DNA of 64,000 nucleotides from an uncultured cyanobacterium (GTDB lineage: Bacteria > Cyanobacteriota > Cyanobacteriia > Pseudanabaenales > Pseudanabaenaceae), in contig OY969811.1 of NCBI GenBank assembly GCA_963703315.1, positions 1,312,001-1,376,000 on the forward strand, written 5' to 3'. The notes below the pieces were generated by a model. The model worked only from the letters and a program-made list of their open reading frames with translations. It did no database searches and was not told the origin of the DNA. This document shows, piece by piece, positions 31,232 to 41,774 of the stretch; the stretch's first letter is position 1, and each line of letters begins with the position of its first letter. Made by a program: the position numbers and the translations under genes.

Positions 31232-33493
31232 ATGCAAAGCGAACAGTATCCTCAAATATTGCCCCAAAAGAGTTCAATTAAGCGTGTCTTAGGAAATAAC
31301 TTAGCAAATCCATCTCCTGTCGATGAAGAAGGAGGACTAAAGTTTGGGTCGATATTACAATCACTAAAGCGGCGCTTACCTGTAATTATTGGAGTGACTA
31401 CCATAGTCACTGCCCTAGCTGTATACAAAGCTGCAACTAGTAAACCGACTTACCAAGCTGGTTTTGAGATTTTGGCCAAGCCAATCACTGAAGAAACAAG
31501 GGTGATTTCTGCTGTCACTGCCAATAGAACTGAAGAAGTAAAAGAAAAAGGTAAAGTTGAACCTACGACACTAAAACTTTTAAAAAGTCCTAGAATACTT
31601 ACGCCAATTGTTAATCAATTAAAAGTCAAGTATCCAGATGTTAGTTATGACAGCCTCGCAGGTACTTTAGTGGTCACAGCTCTCCCAGATGCTCAGATTC
31701 TAAGTGTTGGCTATGAAGATAAAGACTCCGCAAAAGTCAAAGCAATTCTAGACTTAGTTTCTAAGGCATATCTGGACTACAGTTTAGAAGAGCGTCTTGC
31801 GGATGTACAGCAAGGGATTGATTTTGTTGAGGCTCAGCTACCAGAGGTACAGAAAAGGGCAGGAAAGCTTCAGGATCAATTACAAAGTTTTCGTCAGGAG
31901 TATAACCTCATTGATCCAGAGTCAAGTAGCAGACAACTAGCAGCCCAAACTAGTACTATTAGCCAACAGAGATTAGAGAATCAGGTCAAGCTAGATGAAG
32001 CTCGTGCGCTTTTTCTTGATTTAAATCAGCAGTTAGATAAGTCTAATAGTGATATTAATGCTTCGGCTCCATTACAAGCCAATGCTCGATATCAAGCCCT
32101 GCTAGCTCAGGTTCAAACTATAGAAAGTCAGATTGCGAAGGAATTGAGTATATTTCAAGAGAATACGGATCGCATTCAATCTTTGCGAGATCAAAGGGCA
32201 AACTTAATACCTTTGTTAGTTCAAGAAGAAGAAAGAACCAAAGAACTAATTTCCAGTCAGATTCGAGAGTTAGAAGCTCGGCGTGATATCTTAGCACAGG
32301 CGGAGGAAAACTTAAACCAGCAAGTGAAACAGCTATCTGTGATATCTCGTCAGTATACGGATATTCAGCAAGAGATTAAAATCACTAATGATAACCTCAA
32401 TCAGTTTTTAGCAAAACGAGAAGCCTTACGCATTGATGCGGGACAGCGTAAAACTCCTTGGCAAATCCTGACTCCTGTCAATAATCCTGTTCCGTCCTCT
32501 GCTGATGTTAAGCGTAATGGTTTATTGGGAGGAGTATTGGGATTGTTAACAGGGGTTGGTGTGGCTTTGTTGTTGGATAAGTTAAGTAATCTTTTGCGTA
32601 CCCCAGAAGAAGCTGAAGAGGTATCAAAGTTACCTCTTCTTGGTGTAATTCCATTTAGTTCATCTTTAACCTTTGATGATAATTCTAATCCTTATAGCAT
32701 TATGGAAACAGTTCCATTTAATGCAACTTTGTTGGCGGAAGAAGAGCCAAATACTGCTGGAAAGTTTTCCCCAATAATAAACTTAAAGTCTCTAATAGAG
32801 CGATCGCAAAAAAAGATAGAAAAAGAGATGTCTTCTCCAAAATCATACTATACAACAGGGTCTCTGTTTTTAGAGTCTTTTAGATCTCTCTATACCAATA
32901 TTCGTTTGCTTAGTCCTGATGACGAGATTCGTTCTATAGTGATTAGCTCTTCTATGCCTAGCGAAGGCAAATCTACTGTTTCTGTGAATCTAGCCCAAGC
33001 TGCTGCTGCATTAGGGAAACGGGTACTTTTAGTTGATGGGGATCTACGTCGTCCAAAGATCCATACTCAATTACAAATTAGTAATGCATTGGGGATGAGC
33101 AATCTAATTACTTCTGATCTAAGTGTGGATAAAGTGATCCAGCGATCGCAAATTGAGCCAACTTTATCAATCCTCACTGCTGGTCAAGTGCCTCCTGATC
33201 CAACTCGTCTGCTGTCTTCACAAAAAATGCAAAGTTTAATGCAACTGTTCCAAGAAACTTACGATTTGGTAATTTATGATACTCCTCCTTTGATAGGTAT
33301 AGTCGATGCCAAAATAATTGCTTCTGAAACAGATGGCATGATTATGGTGGTTGGACTGGATAAAACTAAGTCTTCAACTTTGACTCAGGCTTTAGAATTA
33401 TTGAGCAATTCTCCAATTGTAATATTTGGGATTATTGCTAATGGTTCAAAGGATTATGCTGCCAGTCTGAGTAATACCTATAAACTTTATTAA
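31232..33493 (+). CDS. wzc: Wzc/GumC polysaccharide co-polymerase tyrosine autokinase
   Basis: Two TMs around a coiled coil; SSMPSEGKST; DGDLRRP; YDTPP; Tyr residues at the C terminus. Confidence 0.85.
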   Translation: MQSEQYPQILPQKSSIKRVLGNNLANPSPVDEEGGLKFGSILQSLKRRLPVIIGVTTIVTALAVYKAATSKPTYQAGFEILAKPITEETRVISAVTANRTEEVKEKGKVEPTTLKLLKSPRILTPIVNQLKVKYPDVSYDSLAGTLVVTALPDAQILSVGYEDKDSAKVKAILDLVSKAYLDYSLEERLADVQQGIDFVEAQLPEVQKRAGKLQDQLQSFRQEYNLIDPESSSRQLAAQTSTISQQRLENQVKLDEARALFLDLNQQLDKSNSDINASAPLQANARYQALLAQVQTIESQIAKELSIFQENTDRIQSLRDQRANLIPLLVQEEERTKELISSQIRELEARRDILAQAEENLNQQVKQLSVISRQYTDIQQEIKITNDNLNQFLAKREALRIDAGQRKTPWQILTPVNNPVPSSADVKRNGLLGGVLGLLTGVGVALLLDKLSNLLRTPEEAEEVSKLPLLGVIPFSSSLTFDDNSNPYSIMETVPFNATLLAEEEPNTAGKFSPIINLKSLIERSQKKIEKEMSSPKSYYTTGSLFLESFRSLYTNIRLLSPDDEIRSIVISSSMPSEGKSTVSVNLAQAAAALGKRVLLVDGDLRRPKIHTQLQISNALGMSNLITSDLSVDKVIQRSQIEPTLSILTAGQVPPDPTRLLSSQKMQSLMQLFQETYDLVIYDTPPLIGIVDAKIIASETDGMIMVVGLDKTKSSTLTQALELLSNSPIVIFGIIANGSKDYAASLSNTYKLY

Positions 33494-33497
33494 AATT

Positions 33498-33586
33498 AGT
33501 AGCTGGAGAAAACCAGCCCAAAAACCTGTGGCGCACGCGCAGCGTGCGCCACAGGTTTTTGGGTTTTATATTTGCGCCCAGCTACT
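33498..33586. mobile_element. MITE-like family 3 (AGTAGCT...AGCTACT ends); related copies at 35093-35133, 36957-37052 and 41561-41663
   Basis: Shared AAACCTGTGGCGCACGC-GCA-GCGTGCGCCACAGGTTT hairpin and/or termini. Confidence 0.7.
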
Positions 33587-33596
33587 TCTATAATTT

Positions 33597-34043
33597 CTAG
33601 GCGGAAGTATTGAGGGTTGAGCTTTTTTGATAGAGATCTGTTAGCTCAAGCAAAAAATTAAGACTCTGTTTGCCAGTCATGGAGATCGGCGAAAATGTTT
33701 GTGAGCTTGAATATTTCAATATAATATCGCGCACTTCAGCTTGGTTCCCAATCTGGACTACTTTCATCGACCAAGCCCCAAAATTGCGCTGTTCAATTTC
33801 TGAGAAATCAATTAGTTCAGCATTGACATGACGTTTATCTAATAGAATTCGATTGTAAGTTTGGCTAACTACTCGCCGACTGCCTTCTAGCACCTGCAAA
33901 AACATCGAATCGCCAAAACTCAATATGCCCGTTATGCCAACTTGTTTATTGTTACGTTCCGACTTGGTCATGATATCCACGAAGTCGGGGTATTCTAGCC
34001 CTGCAACAGCCTGACTGACATAGATTAAACGATATATAGCCAT
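33597..34043 (-). CDS. Stand-alone BLUF blue-light photoreceptor
   Basis: LIYVS, SERNN..GITGIL, FLQVLEG, DKRH, FGAWSM (conserved Tyr/Gln/Trp/Met). Confidence 0.92.
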   Translation of the reverse strand: MAIYRLIYVSQAVAGLEYPDFVDIMTKSERNNKQVGITGILSFGDSMFLQVLEGSRRVVSQTYNRILLDKRHVNAELIDFSEIEQRNFGAWSMKVVQIGNQAEVRDIILKYSSSQTFSPISMTGKQSLNFLLELTDLYQKSSTLNTSA

Positions 34044-34210
34044 AGGTTAGTTATTTGTAAAAATGTATGTACTACCTTCCCCGTAAATATAGCGGTTTTC
34101 AAGTAAGCGAGTTACAGAGGATTGTTTACCCGCCTTTGGCGGGTAAACAATCCCGTATTTCACTAGGCTGTGAAACACAATAAGTGGTGTATGGCTTTGC
34201 CATGCACCAC

Positions 34211-34990
34211 TTATTGTGAAGTTAGTGATGAGCCAATGCCTTGGAAGAAAGCCCATGAAAGAAAGAAATTACTGATAAAAATAGCTAGTAAAGCAGTGAC
34301 AACGGCGGTAGTTGTTGATTCTCCTACGCCTTTTGCGCCACCCGTGGTGGTTAAGCCCCATGTCGTACCGATCGCTGCAATTAAAACGCCAAAGATGCTG
34401 GATTTGATTAAGGCAGCAATTAAATCCCAAGGTTTGAGTAAGTCTTGGACAGAGGTAAGAAACATATTGGGGGAGATGCTATACATGGCATCTGATAGAA
34501 ATAAGCCACCAGCCATACCTGTTAAAAATCCTAAGATTGTCAAGATTGGCAACATTAATAAACAGGCGATCGCGCGAGGAGTAGCGAGATAATCTACAGG
34601 ATTTGTCCGCAGCATATAGAGGGCATCGATTTGCTCAGTTACTTGCATTGTGCCAATTTCCGCAGCAAAGGCGGAACCAACTCGTCCCGCAATGATCACG
34701 GCTGTTAGGACAGGAATTAACTCACGAGCTAAGGCGATCGCTAAAATCCCCCCAATCGCCTGTTGTGCGCCAAAGTTAATAAATTCCCTTGCAACTTGAA
34801 TGGTAAATACTGCACCGACAAAGGATGCGGTAATCAAGGTTATGAGCAATGACTCAGTACCAACCATTGACATTTGCTCAACTGTATTGCGCCAGTGAAA
34901 GCGTCGGTAGATCAAAATATGGGTGATGATTTGTCCAATGAGGAGACAACTTTGCCCAAGCTTAGCTAGCCAAATGCCAAAATTTCCCAT
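34211..34990 (-). CDS. mlaE: MlaE/TGD1 lipid ABC transporter permease
   Basis: AGRVGSAFAAEIGTMQVTEQIDAL; GGAKGVGESTT. Confidence 0.9.
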   Translation of the reverse strand: MGNFGIWLAKLGQSCLLIGQIITHILIYRRFHWRNTVEQMSMVGTESLLITLITASFVGAVFTIQVAREFINFGAQQAIGGILAIALARELIPVLTAVIIAGRVGSAFAAEIGTMQVTEQIDALYMLRTNPVDYLATPRAIACLLMLPILTILGFLTGMAGGLFLSDAMYSISPNMFLTSVQDLLKPWDLIAALIKSSIFGVLIAAIGTTWGLTTTGGAKGVGESTTTAVVTALLAIFISNFFLSWAFFQGIGSSLTSQ

Positions 34991-35327
34991 GCTCCAACTT
35001 TCCTATGTCCTGCCAGACAAATAATAAATTGCCTTAATTATTTCATCGTAACGCCCATCGCAATTATAGCTGCTTAGTTAAACATAAAACTCTAAAACCT
35101 GTAGCGCACGCGCAGCGTGCGCTACAGGTTTTAAATCTGTTTTTTAATGATGACGATTTGTAATACCAATTCACAAAAGTGTGACAATATTTCTGTGGAT
35201 TTAAACGCCCAACTCAGTAAGAGTTTTTCAAACTAAAAATGGCGTAGCCATTTTTAGTTTTGGTATGATTTGGCGATCGCTCATTCATCTTAGGTTTTAA
35301 TAGGATGAGTAGAGAATTATTTGATTT

Positions 35328-36005
35328 ATGCCTAATAAAATTGGATTTTGGTTGATTTGGATTTTATTTGCGGTCTATGCCTTCATTTTCGCCCCGCCCG
35401 ATCGTCCTGAAACAATGGCACTCATCCAAAAACTAATTGCTGGTGATTGGCAAAGCACCAATGCTTATATTGTGGCACTCTTTAACTTGATGGGCGTGTT
35501 TCCATTAGTTTATGCTTGCATATTAGCCAGTGATGGGCGCGGACAGAAAGTACCTGCTTGGCCATTTGCGACACTTTCATTTTTTGTTGGAGCCTTTGCA
35601 TTACTTCCTTACTTTGCCTTGCGTGAGCCAAATCCTCTATTTACAGGCAAAAAGAATTGGCTGATTAAAGTATTAGATTCACGATGGATAGGGATTGGAA
35701 TTGCGGCGATCGCAATTTACTTTTTGGTCTATGGGTTTGCCAATGGTAACTGGGCAGACTTCCTTCAGCAATGGCAAACTAGCCGATTTATCCATGTAAT
35801 GAGTTTAGACTTTTGTATGTTATCGCTGATGTTTCCGTGGTTGCTCAGTGACGATATGGAAAGACGTGGCATGACCGATGATCGCTTTTTTACATTTATT
35901 GCGCTGATTCCTTTAATTGGTGCATTGATTTACCTATGTTTGCGATCGCCTGTAATTGAGAGTGAAGATCTATCTACACAAACAGCGACTCAATCATCCG
36001 ATTAG
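35328..36005 (+). CDS. DUF2834-like membrane protein
   Basis: Multi-TM; GAFALLPYFALR; SRFIHVMSLDF. Confidence 0.65.
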   Translation: MPNKIGFWLIWILFAVYAFIFAPPDRPETMALIQKLIAGDWQSTNAYIVALFNLMGVFPLVYACILASDGRGQKVPAWPFATLSFFVGAFALLPYFALREPNPLFTGKKNWLIKVLDSRWIGIGIAAIAIYFLVYGFANGNWADFLQQWQTSRFIHVMSLDFCMLSLMFPWLLSDDMERRGMTDDRFFTFIALIPLIGALIYLCLRSPVIESEDLSTQTATQSSD

Positions 36006-36831
36006 CTTGGGAACCGTAACCACCACCAAAGAGATTGAAGTGATTGAGAATGTGATAGAGATTGTAGAGAGTTTTGCGCTGTTGATAGCCTGCATCAATT
36101 GGATAAGCGGCATTGTAAGCACGATAGAACTGGGATGGGAAACCACCAAATAATTCGGTCATGGCGAGATCAACTTCGCGATCGCCAAAGTATAAGGCAG
36201 GATCAAAAATCACAGGTTCACCATTGATAAAAGCAGCATTACCACCCCAGAGATCCCCATGTACCATTGCGGATTGTGGTTGGTAATCGCGAAAGAACTT
36301 GGGTAAGGCTTCATAGATTCTCTCTTCAGGGATAGCGCAACGCCAACCTTTGCTTTTAGCTAAACGGATTTGAAAAGCGAGCCGATATTCTCGCCAGAAA
36401 TCAATCCAATTATTTGTCCAATTATTAATCTGTGGAGTTGCGCCGATCGTATTGTCACGCTGCCAACCAAAGCCGCGATCGCTAGTTACTTGATGTAACA
36501 ATGCCAGATGGCGACCCATCGCTTCCCAGTCTTGACGACCCCCTAAATCAAGATTTTCCATGACTAAATACGCGGCATCACCAGCGATCCCCCAACAAAT
36601 TGGCTGCGGCACACGAATGGTTTGGGTTGCATACATTTGATTGAGGGCGATCGCCTCTGCCACAAACATATCTAACTGAGGCGCGGTATTCGTTTTCACA
36701 AAAAAGTCACGCTTGCCATCGGATATTTTACAGGTCTGATTAATGCAACCACCCGACTGATCTTGGCGGCGATCGCTCGTAAATTTTGCACCCGTTGCCT
36801 GAGAAATGGCGATCTCTATTTCATCCCACAT
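35974..36831 (-). CDS. Fructosamine kinase family protein
   Basis: GGCIN; HGDLWGGN; FDPALYFGDREVDLAMTELFGGF; likely start MWDEI. Confidence 0.9.
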   Translation of the reverse strand: MWDEIEIAISQATGAKFTSDRRQDQSGGCINQTCKISDGKRDFFVKTNTAPQLDMFVAEAIALNQMYATQTIRVPQPICWGIAGDAAYLVMENLDLGGRQDWEAMGRHLALLHQVTSDRGFGWQRDNTIGATPQINNWTNNWIDFWREYRLAFQIRLAKSKGWRCAIPEERIYEALPKFFRDYQPQSAMVHGDLWGGNAAFINGEPVIFDPALYFGDREVDLAMTELFGGFPSQFYRAYNAAYPIDAGYQQRKTLYNLYHILNHFNLFGGGYGSQANRMIESLFV

Positions 36832-37087
36832 ATTCCATCCCACATAAATTTTGCTCCGAAACATCATTTGATTTAACATCAGTTCTCAATAAAACGTAAC
36901 CCCAAATTTTAAAGACGATTCGTATACTGTGAACTAACACATTGAATTATCTATCTAAGTAGCTCATAGTTAAAACCCAAAACCAGAGCTTGTGCCGCCC
37001 GCGTAGCTGGCGGCACAAGCTTCTAGGTTTTAAGTTTACTTATTAGCTACTTAATAGATCTATAAAAACTATCCTAATTGGTGAAAT

Positions 37088-37399
37088 ATGATGAACGACA
37101 TTGGTAAGTACCGCTTTGTTTGCACCCTCACCCTTAGCGATATTTTGGGTCAGGTGATTGTTTGGCTAGGCGTGATTTTTGTAGCCCTTGCCTCAGCACT
37201 CTCACTAATGAGTAAGCCCGTTTATTCCTTTGGTGCAGTTGGGTTAATTGTGGTCACATCTTTACCATTTTTGCTATTTACCTTCGTCACCACATTATTT
37301 AATCACATTGATATTGTGCCTCTGACAGAAGAAGAAATTAAGCGAAATAATTCTAAAATATCAGGTGTACGCAAAACCTCTGCTAAAGCTTCTGCATAA
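37088..37399 (+). CDS. Small 2-TM hypothetical protein
   Basis: Clean ORF with two hydrophobic segments. Confidence 0.7.
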   Translation: MMNDIGKYRFVCTLTLSDILGQVIVWLGVIFVALASALSLMSKPVYSFGAVGLIVVTSLPFLLFTFVTTLFNHIDIVPLTEEEIKRNNSKISGVRKTSAKASA

Positions 37400-37509
37400 G
37401 GATTGGGGGGCGGATTGCGTCCCCTTCTCTATGGACGTTTCTATGGACATTATGGGCATTGTTTGATAAACCATAGCTAAGAATTGTATAGAAACAAGGT
37501 TTAATCACC

Positions 37510-37857
37510 GTGCGCCAGCTTAATTTTGTTGTTATTTTTAGCGTTGTTCTTGCTTTAGTACTGTTTGCCCTAGAGAATACTGCCTCAGCACCGATCCAGA
37601 TAATTCCACAATTAAAGGTCTCAGCCCCGATTTCAGTTGAACTAATTTTAGCAATGGGCTTAGGTGCAGTTTTAGCTTGGATCTTTAGTGTCTGGTCGGG
37701 CTTGCAAAAAACGATTGAATTGCGTAACCAGAATGTCCAGATCCAGAATTTGAAAGAAACTGTCCAAAATTTAAGTGTAGAGATTGAAGAGCGCAAACGC
37801 TTAGTTTCTGCATCAGCGATCGATGTCGAGATTGATGAAGATAAAACCAGAAACTAG
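37510..37857 (+). CDS. LapA/DUF1049 family membrane protein
   Basis: LVLFALEN, 2 TM and a C-terminal coiled coil. Confidence 0.75.
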   Translation: MRQLNFVVIFSVVLALVLFALENTASAPIQIIPQLKVSAPISVELILAMGLGAVLAWIFSVWSGLQKTIELRNQNVQIQNLKETVQNLSVEIEERKRLVSASAIDVEIDEDKTRN

Positions 37858-37949
37858 AATAAAGGGCGCTAAGCGCCCTTTATTCTAGTTTCTGGTTATA
37901 AATCTCTCCAATTAGTGATATTTTTAAACATTCGCTTCTTGCAAGCTCC

Positions 37950-38771
37950 ATGACCCTATCGATCGCCGAATCAGTTACTAAAGATGCTATTGCCCTATTG
38001 ATCGACCTTACAGAACGAGGTGAGATTGATCCTTGGGATGTGCAGGTGATCGATGTTGTGGATCGTTTCTTGTCGAGGTTGATTGTGAGCGATCGCCGTG
38101 ATTTGTACGATTCGGGTCAGGCGATGCTCTATGCGGCGATGTTGGTCTTACTCAAGGCAAATTCCTTATCTGATAGTCAAAGCGCCTATGATCAGACTGA
38201 AGAAACGGTTGATGATCTGGAATTAGAGTCAGATGCGATCGCGGCATCTTTGCGCTTGCCGACAGATTTTGATCAACGCTTACGTCGTTTGCCTGTGGCA
38301 TTACCCCCCAAAGCCCGACGCATCACCCTCGAAGAGTTAATTGCTCAGATCGAAGCGATCGCTGAAATCGTAGATCGTAAAACTAGTAAGCCTGCTAAAC
38401 GTCCAAGTCAAAGTAAAGTGGCACGTAAGGCAGCGATGAAGGCGATCGCCCAACTTGCCCACAAAGAAAATCTCTCGGAGATGGTCGAAGAAATTGAGCG
38501 TTATTTTCTGCTCCATCCTGATGAAGAGATTGAGATCAGTGATTTAGCAGAAGTATTTAATGATCGGGTGGGGGTATTTTGGGGCTTATTACTGATGTCA
38601 TCCCAGTCTAAGGTGGAATTATTTCAAGAAGAATTTTATGGCAAAATCCAAATCGTGCCTACCCTGAAAGTGCCATCGATCAAAGAATTACCATTTCCTA
38701 GCACCACTAATTCCACAGTAGAATCTACTCAGCTACAATTGACTTTCTCCGAATTAAAAGAAGTTTCGTGA
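37950..38771 (+). CDS. scpA: Segregation/condensation protein A
   Basis: GEIDPWDVQVIDV; LYAAMLVLLKA; ITLEELI; VELFQEEFY. Confidence 0.88.
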   Translation: MTLSIAESVTKDAIALLIDLTERGEIDPWDVQVIDVVDRFLSRLIVSDRRDLYDSGQAMLYAAMLVLLKANSLSDSQSAYDQTEETVDDLELESDAIAASLRLPTDFDQRLRRLPVALPPKARRITLEELIAQIEAIAEIVDRKTSKPAKRPSQSKVARKAAMKAIAQLAHKENLSEMVEEIERYFLLHPDEEIEISDLAEVFNDRVGVFWGLLLMSSQSKVELFQEEFYGKIQIVPTLKVPSIKELPFPSTTNSTVESTQLQLTFSELKEVS

Positions 38772-39250
38772 AATATCTACATTTTCCCCCTGATCAAATC
38801 TATCTATGTTTGCCTGTGAGAATTATCTCTGGATTGGGTGTAATCGCTATTTGTCTCGGTTTTGCACCTGATGCGATCGCCCAAGCTCGTAGTTCCGTAT
38901 ATAAGCCCGCAGCGATATCTAGTGGTGTTGATGTTAACGATATGCTCACTGATAAAGATATTCCCACAGGTCAGAAAGGATTTGCCCGTGACTACATCCT
39001 TGAAGCTCAAAAAGATGAACGTTTAGAAATTACTGTGACCTCTGGAAATTTTGACACCGTTTTGAGTTTGTTAGATAGCAAGGGTGATGTGATTGCCGAA
39101 AATGATGATGCAGTGAGTGATAGTACGAATTCTTTAATCTTTTTTAAAGTGCGCCAATCAGGAAGTTATACGGTACGAGTTTCATCTTTTGGTGGTAGTA
39201 GTGGCGGTAAATTTACATTGAAGGTTAATAAACTGCGAATTGTCAATTAA
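38768..39250 (+). CDS. Secreted PPC-domain protein
   Basis: Signal-like N terminus; FDTVLSLLD..G.VIAENDD; SGSYTVRVSS. Confidence 0.75.
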   Translation: MKYLHFPPDQIYLCLPVRIISGLGVIAICLGFAPDAIAQARSSVYKPAAISSGVDVNDMLTDKDIPTGQKGFARDYILEAQKDERLEITVTSGNFDTVLSLLDSKGDVIAENDDAVSDSTNSLIFFKVRQSGSYTVRVSSFGGSSGGKFTLKVNKLRIVN

Positions 39251-39323
39251 AACTTGTAACAAAGCACAAAATGGCGCAGCCATTTTGTGAGAACGGGATG
39301 TAGGGACATTGCCCCTACATCCC

Positions 39324-41525
39324 TCACGAACCTATAATACGGAGCATTCGCGATTCTATCTGTTCCCAAGTTTTGCGAGAAACGGCGATCGCCCGATTTT
39401 TACATTGCACCATTAATAAATTGGCATAGAGATAGTTCTCTAACGCTTCTACTTCCTGATGTGAAATTTGATTTAATTCCATCGGTAGATATAGTGTTTG
39501 TAGCCATGTACGGCTGATTTGATTGCGAAAAGTTTCTCGTACTTCAAAGGATTGATCATAGCTTGGTGACTGAGAAGCTAGGGACTCTAACCTCGTGCTT
39601 AAAGCCATGAAATTAATATTTTTTTTGTCAAAATCAATTTTGGCAAGAGATTGTTCCAATTCGCTACAAAGTTGGATTGCTAAGTTCAGTTCTGTCGCAC
39701 TATCAAAATCAAGAGCATGGGCAAGGCTCAGGGAAAGATCGGCGGCAAAAATCTTATCAAAATTTAAAGATAAATCAAAAGTCTTATACAAATCCTGTGC
39801 AAGTCCTAGAATCCTTGTCAAAATTAGAGCAGGAGCAAGTTCTGGCAAGAAACGAGGACGTGCTAGAAAGATCGCCGCAATGCGTTTAGCCACAGATTTT
39901 AATTCACCTTTAGAATTTAGATTTATTAGTTCTATCCAATCTAAAATATCGCGTAACTTATTAGTATTGATGTAGTTAGAAGTCTGTAACTCAATTGCTA
40001 ATAGAAGCTCTTCAGAATCACCAACTGCCATACCTGCTAGTAATAGAAAAATGTTCTGCCAACGGCGATCGCTCAAATACTGAGGAACGATTAATTTAAT
40101 CTTATGGTGATTATAAATATAACGAGCCGCAAAATATTCTTGAAAAGTAATGTGACTAAATAGAAAACTTGTAGAATTTCTAGAAGTGTTAATCTTACAA
40201 ATACCAATCTGCCGTAAAACTTTTAAGATAAAATCAACTTCGACCCCGTCGATAACACCCATGTAATTAGAGATTATTTGTTGTAAATACTCAGTTAAGT
40301 CTTGAAATGGTAAAAGTGACTGTCGTATTTCAAAACTTTTATAAGCAATTTCCGATAGTAAGATATCTAATATATCGGTACTAATAATATTGTTAGCTTG
40401 ATCATTTAGTAATTGACATTTTAACACTTGTTCTTCTAATACTAAATTGATTGCTTTTTGGTATAGACTACTCACATTACTCGGTAAACTATAGCGGCGA
40501 TCGCATAGTAAGCACAAAAATGATAGGCATAAAGGTGAATTAGCTAAATCTCTTGCCACACTATTTAATTGTAATATTTTCCAGCATCGTTGCGCTTCTT
40601 CCGATGCCACATCTTGTTCCGACCGAGCAGACTCGGCATTACTAGTATTTGCTTCTTGAGTAGTCCTTGACTCAGATGCGATCGTGAACCACTTATGGAT
40701 GTATTCCTGAACATGAAGATCATCCCAAGTCTGAAGTTCTAATTCCAAAAACTGCCCCAAACTACTTTGGTAAGAAGCTAAACGGCTAGAGACAATATAA
40801 CGATTTTTAGGATAGGCTTTGACAAAATCTCTTAAATGATTGGATAGATATTTTTGCGATAATGGTGATTCATTCAATCCATCAATCAAAATCAGCAGTT
40901 TCCCTTTCTCTAACATCCATATAGCTAGCTCTTGCGACTCAGGAAAACCACATTTTTCTAACTCTTCAGCGATCGCCTGCAACAAAGTATCGTCATTGTG
41001 ACAAAACTTCCATAAATGCAAAAAAACAGGCAAAACATCATGTTTATATCGAGATTCTGGATAATACAAAGCTTCCATTCCAATGTATTTCAGAAAAGTC
41101 GTCTTCCCTACAGCAGGTTCTCCTAAAATTGTCAGATAAGCTTCTTCGTTCGCAATGTTTAATCCTAAAAGATTATTCCCCTTACTATAACTACTTCTCT
41201 GAAGATCACGAGAAAAAGCTTCTTCTAGTTCATCAACAGACTCAAAACTACGAACAGAAGTATGTGCCTGTTTCAGTCTCTGAGAAATATAGATCGACAA
41301 TAGTGTGGTCAGACTTTGACTGCCAAATATCTGTATGAAAGCGTAAGACTTTACATAATTGCGAGCATATTGAGTTGCAGCCTTAGAAACAGCATGGCTA
41401 AAATAAACTTCATCTACCTCACATTCCCTCCCTTTTGCACTCTCCGTAAACCCAGACAATGCCGTCTTAAATCTTTTGACAACCTCACGAATAGTTTGTT
41501 CTTGCTTGATGTTCATTGTCAACAT
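39324..41525 (-). CDS. NACHT-family STAND NTPase
   Basis: Walker A GEPAVGKTT; Walker B LLILIDGLNE; SSR; SPL; FSHITFQEYFAA. Confidence 0.85.
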   Translation of the reverse strand: MLTMNIKQEQTIREVVKRFKTALSGFTESAKGRECEVDEVYFSHAVSKAATQYARNYVKSYAFIQIFGSQSLTTLLSIYISQRLKQAHTSVRSFESVDELEEAFSRDLQRSSYSKGNNLLGLNIANEEAYLTILGEPAVGKTTFLKYIGMEALYYPESRYKHDVLPVFLHLWKFCHNDDTLLQAIAEELEKCGFPESQELAIWMLEKGKLLILIDGLNESPLSQKYLSNHLRDFVKAYPKNRYIVSSRLASYQSSLGQFLELELQTWDDLHVQEYIHKWFTIASESRTTQEANTSNAESARSEQDVASEEAQRCWKILQLNSVARDLANSPLCLSFLCLLCDRRYSLPSNVSSLYQKAINLVLEEQVLKCQLLNDQANNIISTDILDILLSEIAYKSFEIRQSLLPFQDLTEYLQQIISNYMGVIDGVEVDFILKVLRQIGICKINTSRNSTSFLFSHITFQEYFAARYIYNHHKIKLIVPQYLSDRRWQNIFLLLAGMAVGDSEELLLAIELQTSNYINTNKLRDILDWIELINLNSKGELKSVAKRIAAIFLARPRFLPELAPALILTRILGLAQDLYKTFDLSLNFDKIFAADLSLSLAHALDFDSATELNLAIQLCSELEQSLAKIDFDKKNINFMALSTRLESLASQSPSYDQSFEVRETFRNQISRTWLQTLYLPMELNQISHQEVEALENYLYANLLMVQCKNRAIAVSRKTWEQIESRMLRIIGS

Positions 41526-41662
41526 AAATCCACCGAAATAGTCTCATTTCTATCTCCTATAAGTAGCTAGGCATAATTAAAAACCAGAGTAGAAACCTGT
41601 GACGCACGCGCAGCGTGCGCCACAGGTTTCTGGGTTTTATCTTTAAATTGCGCCCAGATACT

Positions 41663-41774
41663 TAGTTGTCGCTAGTCTAGTTAGGACACAAATCCAGAAG
41701 ATCAGTTGCGGCGTTTTGTGCCGTAACTCGCTTCTTGGGTTTTGATTCGTCCTAATGCAAATGGCAACAGCTAT
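41663..41774. mobile_element. MITE-like family 4; truncated copy at 27614-27688
   Basis: (TA)TAG(C/T)TGTCGCTAGTCT.GTTAGGAC.CAAA.CCAGAAGA..AGTTGCGGCG hairpin; right end GCAACAGCTATA. Confidence 0.65.

Noticed and set aside
34047..34592. ORFs 34047-34256 (-) and 34170-34592 (+)
   Set aside because: They overlap a MITE and the mlaE gene or its antisense strand, and show no protein-like motifs
35974..36005. 32-bp convergent overlap of the DUF2834-like and fructosamine kinase genes
   Set aside because: Short 3' overlaps are common and there is no sign of a special function
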